From a virus, in the IMG/VR virus record IMGVR_UViG_3300034101_006340, positions 32,001 to 96,000 of that record: a stretch of DNA of 64,000 bases; one strand, 5' to 3'. The notes beneath the pieces are model-generated. The model was not told the DNA's origin. It did not search any database and saw nothing but the letters and a program-made list of their open reading frames with translations. Numbering within the stretch: the first letter of the stretch is position 1; each line of letters starts with the position of its first letter. The position numbers and the translations under genes were made by a program. Shown piece by piece: positions 27,353 to 36,430 of the stretch.

Positions 27353-28815
27353 TTTTATCTGATACCGCAGCAGAACGAGCAGTATTAGCCGGTGTCTGCA
27401 AATATGGGGACACTGCATATTTAGAAATAACAGATCTGATTCAAGAATCTACATTTACCATAGATAGTAATAAGATTATATATAAATGCTTAAAAAGAAT
27501 ATTTGAGCAAGAACAAACGCAGTCCATCGATGTTGCTATTATTTTTTCCACGGCAGAAGAACTTGGATTAGCTAACGTATTTGCAAAAAAAGAAGAAACA
27601 CAACACCTAAGAGCGGTTTTAGAATTTCCTGTACATTTAGAAAATGTAAGAAAATTTGCAGCAAGAATACGTAAGTTAGAAATAGCGAGACTATTAAGAC
27701 AACAACTAGATAAAGCACAAGATAAATTATTGGAAGTTACAGGATCAGAGACTATCGGTTCTATTCTGGGTATAGCAGAAGAGGCTATTTTCGACTTCTC
27801 CTCTTTGTTAAATGACACAGACAATAACCCAGCAACCATTGGAGACAAACTAGAGGAATATATAGATCAACTTATTAATAGTCCAATTGATCAAGTTGGC
27901 ATACCTACAGGATTTCCAGTTTACGACCAAGCTATTGGTGGAGGCTTAAGAAAAAGCACAATTAATGTTATAGCGGCTCGACCCAAAACCGGAAAAACTC
28001 TTTTATCCGATAATATGGGATTTCACATAGCAAATAAACTCAAAATTCCTGTATTAAATATGGATACAGAAATGACCAAGGAAGATCATATTAATCGAGT
28101 AATAGCTATGATGACAGAGATCGAAATTAATGACATCGAAACAGGAAAATTTCAAGATTCGCCAAGCAAGGTGTCGAAAGTAAAGGATGCGGTAGCGTCG
28201 TTAAAAGAAACACCGCTTTATTATAAATCTATTGCTGGTAAACCATTTGAAGATCAGTTGTCTATTATGAGAAGATGGATAGTAAAAGAAGTAGGACTAA
28301 ATGCAGACGGCACAGCAAAGGACTGTGTTATATTCTATGACTACCTAAAGCTAATGGATACGCAGGGTATGACCCAAGATCTTAAAGAATATCAAGTTCT
28401 TGGGTTTATGATGACTGCTCTTCATAATTTTGCTTCCAAGTATAAAGTTCCTGTGGTAGCTTTTGTTCAGCTTAATAGAGACGGCATAACAAAAGAAAGC
28501 ACAGATACAGCGAGTGGTTCTGATAGAATTATATGGCTATGTAGTAATTTCAGTATTTTTAAGCGTAAAACACCAGAAGAAATATCAGAAGATGGACCAG
28601 AAAACGGTAATAGAAAATTGGTGCCATTAGTTAGCAGACATGGCGGAGGATTAGACGATAATGATTATATTAATTGTTATATGCAAGGCTGGTGTGCTAA
28701 GATTGTAGAAGGAAAAACTAGACTAGAATTGGTTAACAACACATCTAAACATTCAGATGGATTTATTATCGATGAAAACAATGAAGAAATCAATCAAGAC
28801 ATCCCGTTCAATTGA
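27349..28815 (+). CDS. dnaB: Replicative DNA helicase
   Basis: AERAVLAG, GIPTGF, AARPKTGKT, NMDTEM, FYDYLKLM, VQLNR, SGSD. Confidence 0.92.
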   Translation: MILSDTAAERAVLAGVCKYGDTAYLEITDLIQESTFTIDSNKIIYKCLKRIFEQEQTQSIDVAIIFSTAEELGLANVFAKKEETQHLRAVLEFPVHLENVRKFAARIRKLEIARLLRQQLDKAQDKLLEVTGSETIGSILGIAEEAIFDFSSLLNDTDNNPATIGDKLEEYIDQLINSPIDQVGIPTGFPVYDQAIGGGLRKSTINVIAARPKTGKTLLSDNMGFHIANKLKIPVLNMDTEMTKEDHINRVIAMMTEIEINDIETGKFQDSPSKVSKVKDAVASLKETPLYYKSIAGKPFEDQLSIMRRWIVKEVGLNADGTAKDCVIFYDYLKLMDTQGMTQDLKEYQVLGFMMTALHNFASKYKVPVVAFVQLNRDGITKESTDTASGSDRIIWLCSNFSIFKRKTPEEISEDGPENGNRKLVPLVSRHGGGLDDNDYINCYMQGWCAKIVEGKTRLELVNNTSKHSDGFIIDENNEEINQDIPFN

Positions 28816-29935
28816 TCAGTCAAAATTAAAGGTTCTATGCGATGACTTATGTGATCATATAGAAGAGCTATTAGACTATTTTCACTTAGAATATAGATCT
28901 AATGAAAAAATGATCTCTATGTGTTGTCCTATACACGGAGGAGATAATACTGGCGCTATTAATTTATATGTGCAAGGAGATTCTTATAGAGGCAACTGGA
29001 AATGCAGAACCCATAATTGTGAAAAAACATTCAAAGGTTCTATTATAGGATTTATAAGAGGCATTTTATCTCACCATGAACACGGATGGTCCAAAGACGG
29101 AGATGATGTGGTTTCGTTCAATGAGACCATAGATTTTGTCACGGGTTTTCTCAAGAAAAATCTTAAAGATATACATATTTCTAAAACAGAAAAAGATAAA
29201 CAAAAATTTTCGACAACTATAAACAATCTAAAAAACAATGAATCCCCAATACAAAATTTAGTGACTAGACCAACTATAAGATCTAATCTGGTAATACCGG
29301 CTAAATATTACTTAGACAGAGGATACTCTAAAGAAATACTCGACAAGTATGATGTGGGGTTGTGTGATAAGCCCAATAAAGAAATGTCTAATAGGATTGT
29401 TGTTCCAATATATGATCAAAATCATCAACATATGATTGGATGTACAGGTAGAAGCCTATATTCTAAGTGTGATGCCTGTCAGTCTTTTCACAGCTCTGAA
29501 CGCTCTTGTCCGGCTCCACACGAACGATATTTATATTCTAAGTGGAAGCATAGCCTAAACTTTAAAAGCCAGAATGCCCTATATAATATTTGGTATGCTA
29601 GGGATCATATTGAAAAATCTGGTTGTGTTATTTTAGTAGAAAGTCCAGGCAATGTGTGGAGACTAGAAGAAGCAGGAATTCATAGCAGTGTCGCTATGTT
29701 TGGCTGTACTCTAAGCGATAGACAAAAAATTATTCTTGATTCTTCTGGAGCAATGTCTATAGTTATATTGACCGATAATGACGAAGCTGGCCAAAAAGCG
29801 GCTGAACAAATAGATCAAAAATGTAAAAACACCTATAGGATAATCAGGCCATCTATATCAAAAAATGATATTGGCGAAATGTCTATAGAAGAGATTCATA
29901 AAGAAATTAAACCTATACTGGATAAAATACTATGA
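28757..29935 (+). CDS. dnaG: DNA primase (Zn-binding plus TOPRIM)
   Basis: CPIHGGDN...WKCRTHNC; RIVVPI; LVESPG; TDNDEAG; KNDIGEM. The true start may be 28772 or 28781. Confidence 0.85.
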   Translation: MDLLSMKTMKKSIKTSRSIDQSKLKVLCDDLCDHIEELLDYFHLEYRSNEKMISMCCPIHGGDNTGAINLYVQGDSYRGNWKCRTHNCEKTFKGSIIGFIRGILSHHEHGWSKDGDDVVSFNETIDFVTGFLKKNLKDIHISKTEKDKQKFSTTINNLKNNESPIQNLVTRPTIRSNLVIPAKYYLDRGYSKEILDKYDVGLCDKPNKEMSNRIVVPIYDQNHQHMIGCTGRSLYSKCDACQSFHSSERSCPAPHERYLYSKWKHSLNFKSQNALYNIWYARDHIEKSGCVILVESPGNVWRLEEAGIHSSVAMFGCTLSDRQKIILDSSGAMSIVILTDNDEAGQKAAEQIDQKCKNTYRIIRPSISKNDIGEMSIEEIHKEIKPILDKIL

Positions 29936-30522
29936 TTATAGCTTTTGCTGGAAGAAAACAATCTGGAAAAACAACTTCGTGTGAATTTATACAAAATTAT
30001 GCTAATGGTATACTAAAGCCTTTTAATTCTGTAAAGATTTACAATTTTGCCGACCCTTTGAAACAAGATGTTTGTATGAACATATTAGGTTTGACCAAAG
30101 AACAGTGCTATGGTACAGATGACCAGAAGAATGAATTAGTTAATTGTTATTGGGATAATAAACAATTGTCTGCCAGAGAAGTTATGCAAATGGTTGGTAC
30201 CGATATGTTCAGGAACATGCAAAAAAATGTTTGGTCAGAGGCAACGATCAGAAAAATATTACGTGATAAACCAACGCTCGCTTTGATTGCTGACTGTCGA
30301 TTTCCTAATGAAGTTGATGCTGTGAAAGCGTGTGATGGTGTCGTAATTAAGCTAAATAGAAATCCATATAATTCCGATCATGCTAGTGAAGTAGCTCTTG
30401 ATGAAAACTTATACGACCAATCAAATTTTGATCTTGTTATAAATAATCAAACACTATCGGTCAATGAACAAAATAAATTAATTTATGAATTTCTTACAAA
30501 CAAAGGAATACTACCATTATAA
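29932..30522 (+). CDS. Deoxynucleoside monophosphate kinase
   Basis: AFAGRKQSGKTT, FADPLK, REVMQMVGT, DCRFPNE, HASE. Confidence 0.88.
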   Translation: MIIAFAGRKQSGKTTSCEFIQNYANGILKPFNSVKIYNFADPLKQDVCMNILGLTKEQCYGTDDQKNELVNCYWDNKQLSAREVMQMVGTDMFRNMQKNVWSEATIRKILRDKPTLALIADCRFPNEVDAVKACDGVVIKLNRNPYNSDHASEVALDENLYDQSNFDLVINNQTLSVNEQNKLIYEFLTNKGILPL

Positions 30523-31556
30523 TTACATATCTTCGCAGTAGTTCGTATGGTACACATTCTATGTGTCCAATGCAATACTTTATTGAATATAATTTAGGAC
30601 ATAAATCACCGTCCAATAAAAAAGCAGATAAAGGAACAATATGTCACAAAGTTTTCGAAATACTTGCAGAAATTAAATTAAATACTCAATTTGGTAGGCC
30701 ATATTTTTATGACGATATAATGAACCAAGTAAGTATTGCTGACTATGATTTAGAAAAAATCATTGATCAAGTTTATGATTACTATACATCTCGTTTTACT
30801 CATCATGAGTGGACGAGCCTAGATCTTAGAGATTGTAGAAAGTGGGTTTATAAAGCCTTAGAATATAACGATGGAATGTTTGATCCTAGAAATAGAGAAA
30901 TAGTTAGTTCTGAACAACATTTTGATATAGAGATAAAAAAAGATTGGGCTGCTTATAATTATAAAACAACAGATGGTTTTATTGCTGGAAACTTAGCGAT
31001 CAAAGGAACCATAGACTTAATGACTAAAGTAAACGATAACACTATTGAAATAATAGACTGGAAAACCGGAAGAAGATTAGATTGGGCCACTGGAGAAGAA
31101 AAGACTCTCAGTAAACTACATAGAGATGCTCAATTAATGATATATTTTTATGCTACGCACCACTTATATCCTGATATAGAACACATTATTATTTCTATTA
31201 ATTTTATTAACGACGGCGGAGTATTCTCTGTGTGTTTTGACAGACCCCAAATATATGATGTTGAAATGATGCTACGACATAAATTTGAAACCATAAAAAA
31301 CACATATAATCCAGAACAAAATAAATCATGGAAATGTGGTAAATTATGTCACTTTGGAAAAACAACTTTTGAGAATACCGAATATTTACCGATTATAGAA
31401 TATAGAGATCATCAAGTTACTCAAAAGGGTCGCTTCATGACAAAATGTGAACAAATACATCATGATATTGATGTTAAAGGTTTTAATACGGTGGTTGACG
31501 AATATACAAAAGCAGGATATAGTGTAGGACAATACAAAGCACCAGGAAGCGCATGA
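30516..31556 (+). CDS. PD-(D/E)XK exonuclease, Cas4/AddB-like; probable ATT start
   Basis: SSSYGTHSMCPMQYF N-terminal motif, KGTICH, EQHF, KGTIDL, IDWKTG, QLMIY, C-terminal KCGKLCHF. The frame is open 15 codons upstream of the ATG at 30561, with AAAGGA 8 nt before the ATT at 30516. Confidence 0.8.
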   Translation: MIITYLRSSSYGTHSMCPMQYFIEYNLGHKSPSNKKADKGTICHKVFEILAEIKLNTQFGRPYFYDDIMNQVSIADYDLEKIIDQVYDYYTSRFTHHEWTSLDLRDCRKWVYKALEYNDGMFDPRNREIVSSEQHFDIEIKKDWAAYNYKTTDGFIAGNLAIKGTIDLMTKVNDNTIEIIDWKTGRRLDWATGEEKTLSKLHRDAQLMIYFYATHHLYPDIEHIIISINFINDGGVFSVCFDRPQIYDVEMMLRHKFETIKNTYNPEQNKSWKCGKLCHFGKTTFENTEYLPIIEYRDHQVTQKGRFMTKCEQIHHDIDVKGFNTVVDEYTKAGYSVGQYKAPGSA

Positions 31557-33433
31557 CCATGCCATCATATATACCATTACATGTTCACTCAATGTATTCT
31601 CTTTTGGACGGTCTATCAAAGCCCAGTCAAATCGCAGATCGATGTAAAGAAATTAATGTTAAATCTTGTGCTTTAACAGATCATGGTAATATCGCTGGAT
31701 CTATCAAGTTTTATACCGAAATGAAAAAAAATGGTATTAAACCCATTCTGGGTTGTGAACTATATATATGTAATGAAGACGCAAGTATTCAAGAAAAAAC
31801 CAATAAGTCTCTTAGTCATCTTTTGGTATTAGCAAAAAATCTTAAGGGGTGGAAAAATCTAATACAAATAGTTTCCGAATCAAATCGTCCTGAGTTTTAT
31901 TATCATAAGCCTAGACTTGATCTTAAAAGACTTAAAAATCTTATTGACGGTAATATTATTGGCATATGTGGTCATTTAGGATCTACTCTAGCAGATAAAT
32001 TAGTTGATAATGATAAAATAGTGGGAGACTGGAGTAATATTGGAAAACAGTATATCAATACTTTTCACGATATTTTTGGTAAAGATAATTTTTTCTTAGA
32101 ATCACAATTAATGGACAAAGATAATATCCCACTACAAGTAGAACTGTCTGATTGCATTAGACAACTAGGAAAAATAACTAACACTAAGGTTATCTGTACT
32201 CCAGACGCTCACTATTGTCGTAAGTCCGATGCTGTTGATCAAAGAATACTATTGTGTAATAATCTTAAAACTACATTTCCAGAAATAAATAGAAAAATAG
32301 CTAACAATCAGGAAGTTCCGTTAAGCGCATTTTTTATGTCAGATAATTTTCATATATTATCACAAGAAGAAATTGCTAATTTACATAGTGCAGAAGAGAT
32401 AGAGAATACCAATTATGTAGATTCTATGTGCGAAGAATATGATATTCTTAGTAAACCTCATCTGCCTCCGTTTAGTTGTCCAGCTGGATACACAGATGCA
32501 GAATACCTGAGACAACTGTGTCGTGATGGATGGAAAAATAAAATCGCAAATCATATATCAGAAAACGATCAGTCTATTTATGTGGATCGTATAAAATATG
32601 AATTGAGCGTATTACAGGGCGCTAATTTGTCTAGTTATTTTTTAATTGTTCAAGATATTGTAAACCATGTTAGAAATCATGCTTGGCTTCCTGGTCCCGG
32701 AAGAGGAAGTGCTGCTGGATGTTTAGTATCTTATCTTATTGGGATTACTAATATTGATCCTATTAAATATAATCTAATGTTTGATAGATTTTATAATGCT
32801 GGTCGTAATAGTGCTAATCACATATCTATGCCAGATATTGATGTTGACGTTCCAATAGATAAGAGAGAACAAGTTATTCAATATATTAAAGATAAATATG
32901 GTAATAATAAAGTTTCTCAAATGATAACGTTTAATACTATCAAAGGTAGAGGCGCATTAAAAGATGTCTTAAGAGTATATGGTCATATTTCTTTTGATGA
33001 AATGAACCAAATTACAAAACACATACCAGATGAAGCAAAGATTGCCGATGAATTACAAGAAATGAAAGAAGAAACAGGAGAAGCATCGATTATACGCTGG
33101 TCACTAGAGAATAATTCGGATAAGCTAAAAGAATGGTGTTGGATTGATGATAATGATGAGTTACAAGGTCCACTTGCCAAGCGTTTTGAGCAGGCTATTA
33201 GATTAGAGGGTACAAAGTCTAATCAATCAAAACATGCGGCTGGTATTGCCATCAGTTCCGATCCATTAAAAGACATATGTCCTATGGTGTATGATTCTAA
33301 AAACGATCAAATGATAGCCGGTATGGAGATGCAGGACTTGGAATCTATTGGAATTATTAAGTTTGATATTCTAGGTGTTGCTATGTTAGATAAAATTATG
33401 ACTATTCAACAACTTCTAAAAACAGGAGCATAA
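31553..33433 (+). CDS. dnaE: DNA polymerase III alpha-like (DnaE), N-terminal half: PHP plus palm
   Basis: HVHSMYSLLDG, TDHGN, GCE, PDAHY, GRGSAAG, MPDIDVD, HAAG, KFDILG. Confidence 0.93.
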   Translation: MTMPSYIPLHVHSMYSLLDGLSKPSQIADRCKEINVKSCALTDHGNIAGSIKFYTEMKKNGIKPILGCELYICNEDASIQEKTNKSLSHLLVLAKNLKGWKNLIQIVSESNRPEFYYHKPRLDLKRLKNLIDGNIIGICGHLGSTLADKLVDNDKIVGDWSNIGKQYINTFHDIFGKDNFFLESQLMDKDNIPLQVELSDCIRQLGKITNTKVICTPDAHYCRKSDAVDQRILLCNNLKTTFPEINRKIANNQEVPLSAFFMSDNFHILSQEEIANLHSAEEIENTNYVDSMCEEYDILSKPHLPPFSCPAGYTDAEYLRQLCRDGWKNKIANHISENDQSIYVDRIKYELSVLQGANLSSYFLIVQDIVNHVRNHAWLPGPGRGSAAGCLVSYLIGITNIDPIKYNLMFDRFYNAGRNSANHISMPDIDVDVPIDKREQVIQYIKDKYGNNKVSQMITFNTIKGRGALKDVLRVYGHISFDEMNQITKHIPDEAKIADELQEMKEETGEASIIRWSLENNSDKLKEWCWIDDNDELQGPLAKRFEQAIRLEGTKSNQSKHAAGIAISSDPLKDICPMVYDSKNDQMIAGMEMQDLESIGIIKFDILGVAMLDKIMTIQQLLKTGA

Positions 33434-33435
33434 AT

Positions 33436-33612
33436 ATGAAATTTCACGAACTTAAAGTTGGTGATAAATTTGTACTAGACAATATAGAACATGAACGTAT
33501 CACCGACGAAAGAGTTAGTTGCTGCAAGGTTCTTAACGCTATTAATAAATCAACTAATGAAAAAATTATGGTAGTTCCTATAACAGAGGTTAATGTAGTA
33601 GAAAATTCATGA
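33436..33612 (+). CDS. 58-aa hypothetical protein (absent from the ORF track)
   Basis: Hand translation MKFHELKVGDKFVLDNIEHERITDERVSCCKVLNAINKSTNEKIMVVPITEVNVVENS; AGGAG SD; ATGA overlap with the next gene. Confidence 0.75.
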   Translation: MKFHELKVGDKFVLDNIEHERITDERVSCCKVLNAINKSTNEKIMVVPITEVNVVENS

Positions 33613-34301
33613 TTAACTATAATAAGATTTGTGTTTTTGACTTTGAAACAGATGGATCCGATCCAACAGAGTGTAGCCCAGTACAAATTGCTGCAATAAT
33701 CATTGACCCAATTTCTCTGGAGGTCGTTCCAGACTCGGAATTCAATATAAACTTTAAACCAGAAGTTTTATCCAATAATGATAGCTATGAATACCAAACA
33801 GATATTCTAGACTTTCATGCGAAAGTAAAGGGCTGTGCAAAACAAGATGTTTTAGATTTGTGGAAGAAGTATCCCCCACAACAACAATCATGGAAAATGT
33901 TTACAGAATATTTACTTAAATATCATAGTAGATCAAGTAAAAAAAGTGCATTTAGCGCACCTATCGCTGCTGGCTATAATATTCATAGATTCGATCTTAA
34001 AATTATAGACAGACTAAGCAAGAAATATGGAAATATCGATAAAGAGAGATGTAGCAATATATTTTTTAATAGAGATGTTATAGACGTAATGAATCTAGTA
34101 TTTTATTGGTTTGAGCACAATAATGATCTAAAAAGTTATTCTATGGATAATCTTAGAGATTATTTAGGAATATCCAAAGAGGGAGCGCACGATGCTCTAA
34201 AAGATGTTAAGGATTGTGCTGAGGTTTTGATTCGATTCATGAAGCTGCATCGTAGTTTGGGGTCTAAAGTAAAATTTAAGGATTCTTTTAATCAAAAATG
34301 A
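33609..34301 (+). CDS. DEDDh 3'-5' exonuclease (DnaQ-like)
   Basis: FDFETDG (ExoI), AGYNIHRFD (ExoII), AHDALKD (ExoIII). Confidence 0.9.
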   Translation: MINYNKICVFDFETDGSDPTECSPVQIAAIIIDPISLEVVPDSEFNINFKPEVLSNNDSYEYQTDILDFHAKVKGCAKQDVLDLWKKYPPQQQSWKMFTEYLLKYHSRSSKKSAFSAPIAAGYNIHRFDLKIIDRLSKKYGNIDKERCSNIFFNRDVIDVMNLVFYWFEHNNDLKSYSMDNLRDYLGISKEGAHDALKDVKDCAEVLIRFMKLHRSLGSKVKFKDSFNQK

Positions 34302-35923
34302 GTAAACAGTTTAAGTATTCTTGTGGATGTTCATTTAGTGTCATTGGCGAAAATAAAGATCAACCATTAATAGATTTTGATCCTATTAATCACGATATCA
34401 ATTTTGATTGCCATAAAACCTGGGATCTGATTTCTGATGGCAATACTAAGGGCTGCTTTCAATTGGAAAGTCGCCTAGGTAGATCAATGGCAAAAAAATT
34501 AAAGCCAACAAATATAGAACAACTATCGGCTTTAATTAGTATCTTAAGACCGGGATGCTTAGAAGCTATTAGAGATGGTAAAAGTGTAAGCAATCACTAT
34601 ATTGACAAAAAGAATGGACAGGAATCTATAGATTATTATCATAAGTGTTTAGAATCAATATTAGAAAAAACATATGGAGAAATGATTTATCAAGAACAGG
34701 CTATGGAAATTGCTAAAACTATAGCCGGATTCGATCTTCAAGAAGCCGATAATCTTCGCAAAGCCATCGGTAAAAAGAAGCCAGAAGAGATGTCTAAATT
34801 AAAACAAAAATTTATACAAGGCGCCAAAAAGCTTAATATTGTAGATGACAAACAATCCGAAGAAATTTTTAGCTGGATAGAAAAAAGTCAAAGATACTCT
34901 TTTAATAAGAGCCATGCGGTATCCTATGCCGTTAATGCTTACCTCTCTGCTTTTGCTAAAGCTCATTTTCCTAAAATATTTTTTGCTTCATATCTGAGAT
35001 TTGCTAAAGACAAAATAGATCCGAAATCCGAAATTAAAGAATTAGTACAAAACGCTAGTGAAATGGATATATCCGTTTGCGTCCCGGACTTAAGAAATCT
35101 TAACAGATTTTTTATTCTAAAAAATAATTGTATACATTTTGGTTTAACAGATATCAAGGGTTTCGGGGATTCTGTATTTAAGAAACTAACTGATATTGTT
35201 CAAAATAATAATATAGATCTTAATACAATGTCTTGGCCGCAAATACTTTTTGGTGTTTTATTAAAAATTAACTCTATGTCTGCTAAAGCTTTAATAAAAA
35301 GCGGAGGATTATCTTTCTTAAAAAAGACCAGAAGCAGTATGATGTTTGAATATGATATCGCTAGTTCTCTTACAAAAACAGAATTAGATTATATAAGTTC
35401 TAAAATAGATTTAACGCTCAATTTATATGATATTATTAGCCTATTAAAAAATAAAGAACGCATCACAAAAAAAAGACTAGATGTTTTAAATAGTTTTCTA
35501 CATGCAATTCTTTCTCCTCCGTATTCTATGGACGATAATCCAGAGTGGATATCTGATGCAGAAGAAGAGGTATTGGGGTGCAGTATCACTTGCTCGAAAG
35601 TAGACATGTATGATATTACAATGACTAACTGTAATTGTAAAGAATTTAAAACAACTCTTAATAAGGATAATATAATTGTATGTGGAGAAATTGAAAGTAT
35701 CAGTGTAACCAAAACCAAAACAGGAAAAAGTCCTGGTTCAGAAATGGCGTTTGTCTCAATATCTGATAGTTATGGATGTATTGATAGTGTAATCTTTTTT
35801 CCTGACGCATATAAAACACATCGAAATATTTTATTTGATAATAATGTAATTATTGTCAAAGGTAAAAAAAACAACACAGGCGACAGCTTGATTGTTGAAA
35901 AGGCTTATATACCAAGGACTTGA
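34298..35923 (+). CDS. dnaE: DnaE C-terminal half: fingers, HhH and OB-fold
   Basis: GNTKGCFQLES, LRPG, TYGEMIYQEQ, ADNLRKAIGKK, YSFNKSHAVSY, FGLTDIKG, MAFVSISD. Confidence 0.92.
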   Translation: MSKQFKYSCGCSFSVIGENKDQPLIDFDPINHDINFDCHKTWDLISDGNTKGCFQLESRLGRSMAKKLKPTNIEQLSALISILRPGCLEAIRDGKSVSNHYIDKKNGQESIDYYHKCLESILEKTYGEMIYQEQAMEIAKTIAGFDLQEADNLRKAIGKKKPEEMSKLKQKFIQGAKKLNIVDDKQSEEIFSWIEKSQRYSFNKSHAVSYAVNAYLSAFAKAHFPKIFFASYLRFAKDKIDPKSEIKELVQNASEMDISVCVPDLRNLNRFFILKNNCIHFGLTDIKGFGDSVFKKLTDIVQNNNIDLNTMSWPQILFGVLLKINSMSAKALIKSGGLSFLKKTRSSMMFEYDIASSLTKTELDYISSKIDLTLNLYDIISLLKNKERITKKRLDVLNSFLHAILSPPYSMDDNPEWISDAEEEVLGCSITCSKVDMYDITMTNCNCKEFKTTLNKDNIIVCGEIESISVTKTKTGKSPGSEMAFVSISDSYGCIDSVIFFPDAYKTHRNILFDNNVIIVKGKKNNTGDSLIVEKAYIPRT

Positions 35924-35948
35924 CATTTTGTCTCAGCTATGGTATTAT
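35920..35948 (+). promoter_or_regulatory. Sigma70 promoter of ssb, extended -10
   Basis: cTTGACA (35920-35925), 17 nt ending in TGG, TATTAT (35943-35948); AGGAG SD before the ATG at 35994. Confidence 0.8.
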
Positions 35949-35993
35949 ATATTGTGTTTGGTTTTGGTTTGTAACTAACAATAGGAGATCAGT

Positions 35994-36359
35994 ATGAATA
36001 TAAATATATTACGCGGTAATCTAGCTCGTGATCCAGAAGTTCGTAGTGTCAACACTAATGGTAAGAGCACTTCGGTGGTCAACTTTACTATTGCTGTTTC
36101 GCGCGAATATACAAAGGCAAATGGAGAAAAGGATAAGATAACAACCTTTGTTCCATGTGAAGCATGGGATTCTGGTGCTGAGATTATTGGTCGTTCATTC
36201 AAGAAGGGTGATCTGGTGATGGTCGAAGGATCTCTCAGAAATGATTCATGGGAGAAGGATGGAGTTAAGCATAATTCTTTGAAGGTTAGAGTTAATAACT
36301 TTTCAAAGATAACCAAGCTATCAAGCAAGGCAGAGGAAAGTCAGCCTGTAGCGTTCTAA
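35994..36359 (+). CDS. ssb: Single-stranded DNA-binding protein
   Basis: GNLARDPE, NFTIAV, CEAW, KGDLVMVEGSL, short acidic tail ending PVAF. Confidence 0.93.
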   Translation: MNINILRGNLARDPEVRSVNTNGKSTSVVNFTIAVSREYTKANGEKDKITTFVPCEAWDSGAEIIGRSFKKGDLVMVEGSLRNDSWEKDGVKHNSLKVRVNNFSKITKLSSKAEESQPVAF

Positions 36360-36367
36360 TAATGGTG

Positions 36368-36415
36368 ATTATCACGGGTGGTCTTCCTATAAGGCCACCT
36401 GTGATAATTTCTTCT
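36368..36415 (+). terminator. Intrinsic terminator-like hairpin after ssb
   Basis: ATTATCACGGGTGGTCTT-CCTAT-AAGGCCACCTGTGATAAT (18-bp stem including G-U pairs), followed by TTCTTCT. Confidence 0.75.
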
Positions 36416-36430
36416 AATATAAAGATTATA

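Noticed and set aside
30516-31556. CRISPR-associated Cas4
   Set aside because: No repeats, spacers or other cas genes are in the window; stand-alone Cas4/AddB-like nucleases are normal in phage replication modules.
33300-34450. Split intein or group I/II intron at the DnaE break
   Set aside because: There is no Cys/Ser-initiated intein N-block after KFDILG and no HN/CFN end before the C-half. The gap is filled exactly by two coupled ORFs with no spare RNA sequence.
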